This document shows, piece by piece, positions 56,605 to 64,000 of a stretch of DNA of 64,000 nt; positions within the stretch are counted from its first letter, which is position 1; each line of letters begins with the position of its first letter. Position numbers and translations under genes: made by a program. This stretch comes from the human T2T-CHM13v2.0 reference genome, Homo sapiens, in assembly GCF_009914755.1 (NCBI RefSeq), contig NC_060926.1; one strand, 5' to 3'. The notes beneath the pieces are model-generated. The model worked only from the letters and a program-made list of their open reading frames with translations. It made no database searches and had not been told where the DNA came from.

Positions 56605-56968
56605 TGATATGGTTTGGCTGTGTCCCCAACCACATCTTATCTTGAATTGTATCTCCCACAATTCCCACGTCATGGGAGGAACCCAGTAGGAGGTGATTGA
56701 ATTGTGGGGGTGGGTCTTTCCTCCACTGTTCTCGGGTAGTGAATGAGTCTGATGAGATCTGATGGTTTTAAAAACGGGAGTTTTCCTGCACAAGCTCTCT
56801 CTTTGCCTGCAGCCATTCATGTGAGACGTGACTTGCCCCTCCTGCCTTCTGCCATGATTGTGAGGCCTCCCCAGCTATATGTAACTGGAAGTCTTTAAAC
56901 CTTTTTCCTGTATAAATTACCCAGTCTTGGGTATGTCTTTATCAGCAGTATGAAAATGAACTAATACA
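56605..56968 (+). mobile_element. THE1 (MaLR) solo LTR
   Basis: TGATATGGTTTGGCTGTGTCCCCA...GAAAATGAACTAATACA, 364 bp, flanked by CTTGT/TTTGT. Confidence 0.92.
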
Positions 56969-59932
56969 TTTGTTACATATTTTGAGCCATGGAAAGTGCT
57001 CAATTTGGAATAAGTATATGCCCTTGAAGGGTGGCAATTTTCACCAAGATGGATACCACAATATTTGAATGTTTACCATATGCCAAACAATTCCCACACA
57101 TAATATCTTATTTTCTTCTAACAACACCTCTATAAGGTAAGTGCTATTATTACTCCCACAGAGACCAATTAGGGAAATGACTTATTCAAAGTCAAAGAGT
57201 TAGTAAACTATTGGAGCCAGGATCTGAGGCTAGGTCTGGTTAAACTCCAGAGCCTGAGCACATAATCCTTACACTACTGTGAACTGTGGGAAGGGAAATA
57301 CAAGTTCACACATCACCAAATCCAGTGCCAAGTTAAGCAGATCAAAAACATAACAGTCACTTGGAGGATAACCACAATGAGGGAGCCCTACCTATTAGGC
57401 ACCTACTGGATGCTGGGCATCCTGCTGGGCACATCCATCCCCATGGCCTCTCTGTGCACTGACATCTGACGTCTTTCTCAGGGAGAAGAAAACTGAAGCT
57501 CATGGGGGTGAAGTGACTTTTGCCCTAGGCCAGATAGCCCATAGGTGCAGAAAGGATAAGACTCAGGGTCACATGACCCCAAAGCACTTTCCCTTGCTAC
57601 TTCTATTCTTGCTCCTGTTCTCTACTCTTAAGTGATCCGGATGGGCTCCTGCATGAGTAGACGATAAGACCACCCTGAAGAATGTTCATTCCTTCCTCAT
57701 TGCAATAGTGCCACGGCCCTGCTTGGCCGGAGGTGGGGTGTGGTCTGGGGCAAACATGTTCTTCCCCTCCCTTCCCAAACCAGAAGCTGGGACTGTACTG
57801 ATCTAGAACGGGAGGACAAGGACAGTGAGTCGCTGGGGCTCTTTCTCTTCCCTCAGCCCTGTTTCCCAGTTCCTCCAGGAACCTTACTGACGGCAAGCTT
57901 TGTGCTGGCTTCCATTCTGAAGTGGAGGCTCCTGGCTGGGTGTTGCCTGGACACTTTGTTCCTGGTGGGCACTGTGCACTCAGAAGAAGGCTGGGCCAAA
58001 ATGGGTCTGTACTCGTTTCCAGTGGTAGTTCATCAATAAGGAAGATCACTGAGGCTGTGATCTTCCAGACAGGGTTGTGAAAATAACTAGGAATGAAAAA
58101 AGTAGCTGGATCAAAGGTTACAAAGGGTTGGATACATTGGCTCACACTTGTAATCCCAGCACTTTGGGAGGCTGAAGTGGAGGATCACTTGAGGCCAGGA
58201 GTTTGAGACTAGCCTGAGCAACATAGTGAGATTCCATTTCTACAAAAAAAAATCTAGTAAGACTATATTTTAAAAAATGCAATCAAGGTATTAACTGGGG
58301 GGAAAAAAGAAAGAAAGAAAAAAAAGGGTTACAGAGAACCCTGCTTGACTGAAGGGACTTCGCACACTGCCATTTTACCCACACACTGATAGAAGAAAAT
58401 GCTTCAAGGAGAACTCATTTACCCAGATAACTTCCTTTAATTAGGAAATTTCAAAAAATTCCCTGAATGGTTTAGATAATATGTTTGTCCAATCATGACT
58501 TCACAAGGGATCTGAAGCAACGTAGTTCTGGTCCAGAACTGTCAGTGCTGAGGAGATTCCCAGTGTCCACAGCTGCTGCTCCCAAGCTCACTGCTGGTCT
58601 TTCTCTAGACTCTCTTCCTGGGCATTAACTTGAAAGAAGCTGAAGTTTGTTAGCTCTGTGACTCTACCTGGAGCTCCAGCCTTACACATCCCAATCAGGA
58701 TGGGGCATCTCCCTGGCTCGACAAGCCACAGGGGCTCCAAAACTGCCTGACTTTTCATCTCCCACTCCCATGGAACGTTCTCATACACAGTGTTCTGTTA
58801 CTGGCACTGTTGCTCCACCACTCACCCAGGCCTAGCCTCCTGCCTCTCTAACAGCCAATGGCGACCAAGTCCTAGCAGTCCTATCTCTAAAGGTCCTCGC
58901 TATCTGTCATCTCCCCTTCATTTTCCCAGTTACTCCAGTTACTGTCCTACTGAAGGACCCCCATCCCATCTGGGCTACTATAACCACATGGACCATCCCT
59001 TGCTTCAATCATAGAATTCTTTCTTCAGATCAAAGTATATTCAGACACTCGATACAGTAACAAAAGCAAGCTATCCTGGAAGGAAGAAGGAATCAGGAGG
59101 CAGAGGTATGAAATATCTGTGGCCTGTATCTCACCTTCTGGGTGAGGTAGACTCCTGCCTCATCTCTTCCCTGGAATTCCTGGGGTTCCCTGAATACACA
59201 CCATGAAGTTTCCATTTTTGAGATGGATTATTTCTTCTGCTCACAGTGTCTTTCTTTCTTGTCTGCCCAGCACATGGTTAAAGCATGAGATGTGAAACCA
59301 GGAAGAACCAGGTCTGAACCTTAGCTCCACCAGTGGTAGCTTCAAACCTTGGTCCTTTCTGAGCCTGCTTCTTCAACCGTAAGGTAAAAATAATATCAGT
59401 ACTTATGTTATACACCTGTTCACGGCGTTAAATAATGCTATATTTAAGTTGCTTAGCAGAGAGATGGTAAGCACTCAACAAATGTTCACACATCATAATT
59501 TTCCTCACCCTTCATGAGTCAACTGGACAGCAACTCCTCCACGAAGCTTTCCCCAATCTCCTCCAGCTGTGTCCCCAGTGAAATCTACCACACTGCATTT
59601 ATAGTCAGGAGGCACCATTCTGCCTCCCTCCTCACACTGTGACCTCTTTAAGGGCAGAGGCTATCTTGTTCATCTTTGGTTCTCTGCTATTCAGTAGTAT
59701 CCATCACTTAGTAGAGCTCAGTGTTCACTGAATTAGTTAATTAACAAAAAAGGGAGGAAGTATGATCATTCATTAATGAAATGTATCGAACATGTACTGT
59801 GTGACAGACAATGTGCTGGCTGCTGGGGATACATCTGTGAATAAACAGAGGGAGTTCTTGCCCTCATGGGGCTCCCATTCTAATGAGGAGGATACACTCA
59901 ATAAACAACCACATGTATAGTATACTAGATAA

Positions 59933-60303
<371 letters not shown>

Positions 60304-63300
60304 TTGTTGCTGTTTATGTTAGGTCAGGGAAGGCCTCACAGAAAAGGTGACGTCTGAACAGAGAGCTGAAGAAAGTGAGGAAGAAGGCACATGGACATTA
60401 GAGGGTGGGAAGATAGGGAAGAGCACAACCCAGATCAAGGGAGAAGCCAAGTGTAAAGGCCCTGAGGGGAGAGCGTGCTGCACGGGAGGCCAGCCAGCGG
60501 GGGCCGGGGCTGGAGTGCTACAAGATGAGGGCAGAGAAGCAGTGGGGCGGGGGTCCTGTGGGGTGCAGATCGTGGGTCATGTGGGGCTCTACCATTCCTT
60601 CATGAAGATGTGCATGATTATTGCTTGATTACTTTCTTGGGCATCTTGAAAATCCTGTCCTCCTACCTATGTTAAAATGCAGCAGAAAGGAAAAGTCCTA
60701 GCCTTACTCAGTCTTAATGAGTACAAATGAAGTTGTTTTACATTAATATCTAAATCTCAATGGTTTGAGTTCTCACCTGTGCAAATGTAGAATGTCCCAG
60801 CTCCGGGAAAATCCTTTTCCCCTTAGTATTTCTAGGAATCCTAGGGGCATGTGCATGGTTGTATGATCCTAAACCAGTTGCCAGGGCTGGTCAGGTCATG
60901 CTTTGGCAGCATCAGGCTCCAGTGGTCCTACAGACACACCACAGTAGGGTGCTCCACTCACCTCACCAGCCCCTAGGTCATCCAGAGGATTTATCATTAT
61001 TCTGAGACTCCACAGGGCCTTGCCTGTGGATCCAGAAAGCTACCACTGTGCCTCAATACAAGACACTACTCTTGGCAGGTGAGAACATTCCGTCTGGGTT
61101 TGGATGAGAAGGGCCGTTCCACAGCAACATTTTTTGAACTCCAGTGTTACAGTGTCTATGGACACAGCTTTTAGTTCACACCTAGAGCCCTTCTCTCCCC
61201 AGGGAGCAAACTTACCTTCAAGTTGGCTGGTTTGGGACATACCTGGACAGCAGCTTGCCTCCAACCTTCTATCTTCTTGGGAAGCTGGGCTTGCTATCAG
61301 ACTGGTCCTTTTCTTATGGTAGATTTTCTCTTGAGGCTCCCATTAGTCTCTGCAAGTGGGCCTCCGCCTGGGCCACTCCAGCACATTAGACCTGTCAGTA
61401 GTCAAAGCCAAGAGTGCACAAAGTTCCCAACTTTTTCCCAGGATCCCCAGGCCCAACAAAAATCAATGAATGTGATGCCTGAGGAGGATTATTGCCTAAC
61501 TACGTACCAGTACTGTTGAATCCCATCTCCTACTCAGCTGGGACCCACTGAAGTTCTTCCTCAGGATATTAGCTTTATCAACATCCCAAGGTTTTCCATT
61601 TCTTATTCAAGGTGTGACTACACTGAGCAGTAACAGCAAAACCTGAAAGAGAATGGATACAGGTGTTCATTTCAGATGGTACAAGTTTAACAAAGTACAA
61701 GAGCAACTTAAGGTTTGACACAAAAACTCTAAGCATATATTTAAATCCTAGTATTTCATCCAGAAAACACCACAGCATAACTGAGAGCACTGGAGGCAGA
61801 AATAATTCAGTTTAGATCCATGGATTGCTTGCTATTTACTGTGTGACTCTGGGTAGCCACTTACTTTAAATCTATTTTTCCCACTTATAGAAAGGTAATG
61901 ATGACCACTTGTTGGAAAACTTGAGGGTAATACTTGTAAAGGTCATAGTAAGACCCAACAACTTGGGCCCAACACCTGGTAGGCACAAAGTCTGTTCTGC
62001 TTCCTTTCCCTTTCTGTAGAGAAATGCACAGGATATTCCTTATATGCCACTTATGTTATGGGATTGACATAGGTTTTGTCCCTCATGCTATGGGATTGAT
62101 TAGGTTTTGCTCTAAAAAGCTTTAAAAAAGAAAATTCATTACTATAAGATCAACTCGATTCCAACTTAATCTTATAGTAACTCTAAGGTATGATTATGCT
62201 GCAATTCTAGTGTATTTGATTTTTATTTCATATTGAATATCATTATATTCTCAATAAACCCTTAACAGGCTTTAACTGTCTCATAGCTTTCTCTCTGATT
62301 TCCTCGATAAAAACAAAATAGCAATAATTAAGAAAGATCAGAAAATAAAAGCCAAGGAATGAAAAGTCTGAATAAAAGCTATTGCATACTCTACATAGAA
62401 AAGATCTAGCTGATATGGTGATCAGGAAGGCACACAGGATCTGGAATCAGGAGACCTGAGCTTGAATTGACTCAGCCACTCTGTAGATGGGAGGCATCTT
62501 GGTCTCTATGGGACATTTTCCTCATCTAAGATGCAAATATCATCTCACAGAATTATAATCGGTGTCAAATGACAAGTGCTATATGTTAGTTCAGTTCAAC
62601 AAGCCAAATAGAGACAATCAGACAGACCTGGTCCCTGCCCCAGGGAGCTCACAGTCTCTTTGACCTGGGCCCTACTTTTTCCCTGATCTGGTTTTTAGTA
62701 GAGGCCAGCTTGGAATTGCTGCTCATGACTACATTGATTGACTTCCAGGAGAGCCTTCGAAACACCAGTGCTCACTGACCTAACCTTCTCTGCTGGTCTT
62801 ACATAGAACTGGTCTGGGGAACTCACTCTATTTCCATGCTATCTCTAGCCAAAATACTTAACTTCTTGCACAAAAATCATAAAATAAAGAATTACAAATA
62901 AATCACTCCCCCTGCAAACTCAAAGATCAGGCTCATCCCCTCTCCTGACTGTGTGGCAATATCATCCTTTGCCCAAAAGAGATCCTCTCATACTGGAGAC
63001 CAAACTCCAGGTCACTTTATTGCCAGTCCTGTGTGTTTACATGCCATCATAATAAAATTTACAAAGTGTTTTCCCTAAAGCCTCGCCCACTGCTACCCAG
63101 GTCAAGTAGAACCAAAGGATATCTAGCTGTCTGTCCTTGGGACTGACACACCCTGAATCTCTCCTCTCGCATTTTTAAGCAGTTATGACACAGAAAGAAC
63201 CTTTGGGCCCAGGACCCTGGGTTTTGTAAGAACCAGTCTTTGGGAGAACAGACCTAAACCCTCTTCTTCTAAAGTGAGTGGTGTTTTTACTAGTTGCTTC

Positions 63301-63490
63301 TTCAAACTTTGTAATTCGAGTCCTTCTTTAAAGTAACAAAAATGTTTTTAAAGTCTTCTGCTGAATCTCTTACCAAACAATAACCTTCAAGTTTTGGTGA
63401 AACCATTACTTTTATATGTTGAGCTTGCTTAAAACAAGGCACGCAAGTAATCCTGTGACATACTCCATTTTCTTCAAAAACTGATGAACA

Positions 63491-63558
63491 AGCTTTGCGC
63501 AGTGGCAGTATCATAGCCAATGAGGTTTACTCAAGGAGTGATTATTGCTAATTGAAAA
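63491..63558 (+). pseudogene. 3'-truncated U4 snRNA retropseudogene
   Basis: AGCTTTGCGCAGTGGCAGTATCATAGCCAATGAGGTTT...ATTATTGCTAATTGAAAA matches U4 nt ~1-68; 15-bp TSD AAAAACTGATGAACA at 63476-63490 and 63555-63569. Confidence 0.93.
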
Positions 63559-64000
63559 ACTGATGAACATATGAAGTGCATGTCTGTAGCTTAATAGTAC
63601 AAAGTCAGCCAACTTGAGACCTTGGCTCAGGTATTTTTGCAACATTTCTAGCCCATGACTACACTGGGTAATCCTACCCCTTTGGACTTACCAAACATCT
63701 CTGTAATCCTTTAATGTACAAGTAATAGACATCTACATCACTCCAAACAACACTCTACCTGCTCCAGGGGGAGTCTTACGTCAGAGGACTTCTGCTGCTG
63801 CAATAGGGGAAGATCACAGAAAGAGACAGTATGGAGTTTGATTCAATAATTTCTGCCTGTCTGAGAGGAACAGTACACAGGCAGGTGGGGAAGACTTGGT
63901 TTATAAACAGTGGTTACCAATGCCTTCCAAAAAACTGTACAGTACTTTACTAGTAGTCTCTCTCTACCCCTGCCAGGACAATCTAAGCAGAAACTCTGCA

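Noticed and set aside
57603-58145. 180-aa minus-strand ORF
   Set aside because: Begins within an Alu monomer, has no domain similarity I can recognise and no supporting splice structure.

Overview
This is human (or very closely related primate) genomic DNA containing the complete PROC gene, which encodes the vitamin K-dependent anticoagulant protein C, on the + strand at about 9.7-20.5 kb. The gene has a non-coding exon 1 and eight coding exons. The coding exons join through GT-AG introns into a 1386-nt, 461-aa ORF (signal/propeptide, Gla, two EGF domains, activation peptide, serine protease). Also present are the liver-type HNF3/HNF1 promoter, an intragenic CpG island, the antisense MIR4783 hairpin and two poly(A) signals. 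The rest of the window is intergenic and rich in repeats: roughly 40 Alus, old L1M elements, MLT1/MLT2/THE1 LTRs, an ERVL-type remnant, a hAT-Tip100 (Zaphod-like) transposase fossil and a 3'-truncated U4 snRNA retrocopy. I found no credible new protein-coding gene or new multi-gene system. The observations most worth following up are regulatory. (1) A 4-nt tandem splice acceptor switches an exon-1 uATG between an overlapping uORF and an in-frame N-terminal extension. (2) A ~135-bp module rich in hepatic TF motifs is duplicated on both sides of exon 1. (3) Intron 5 is in frame and stop-free. Repeat subfamily names and SNP identifiers come from recall, not from database searches.
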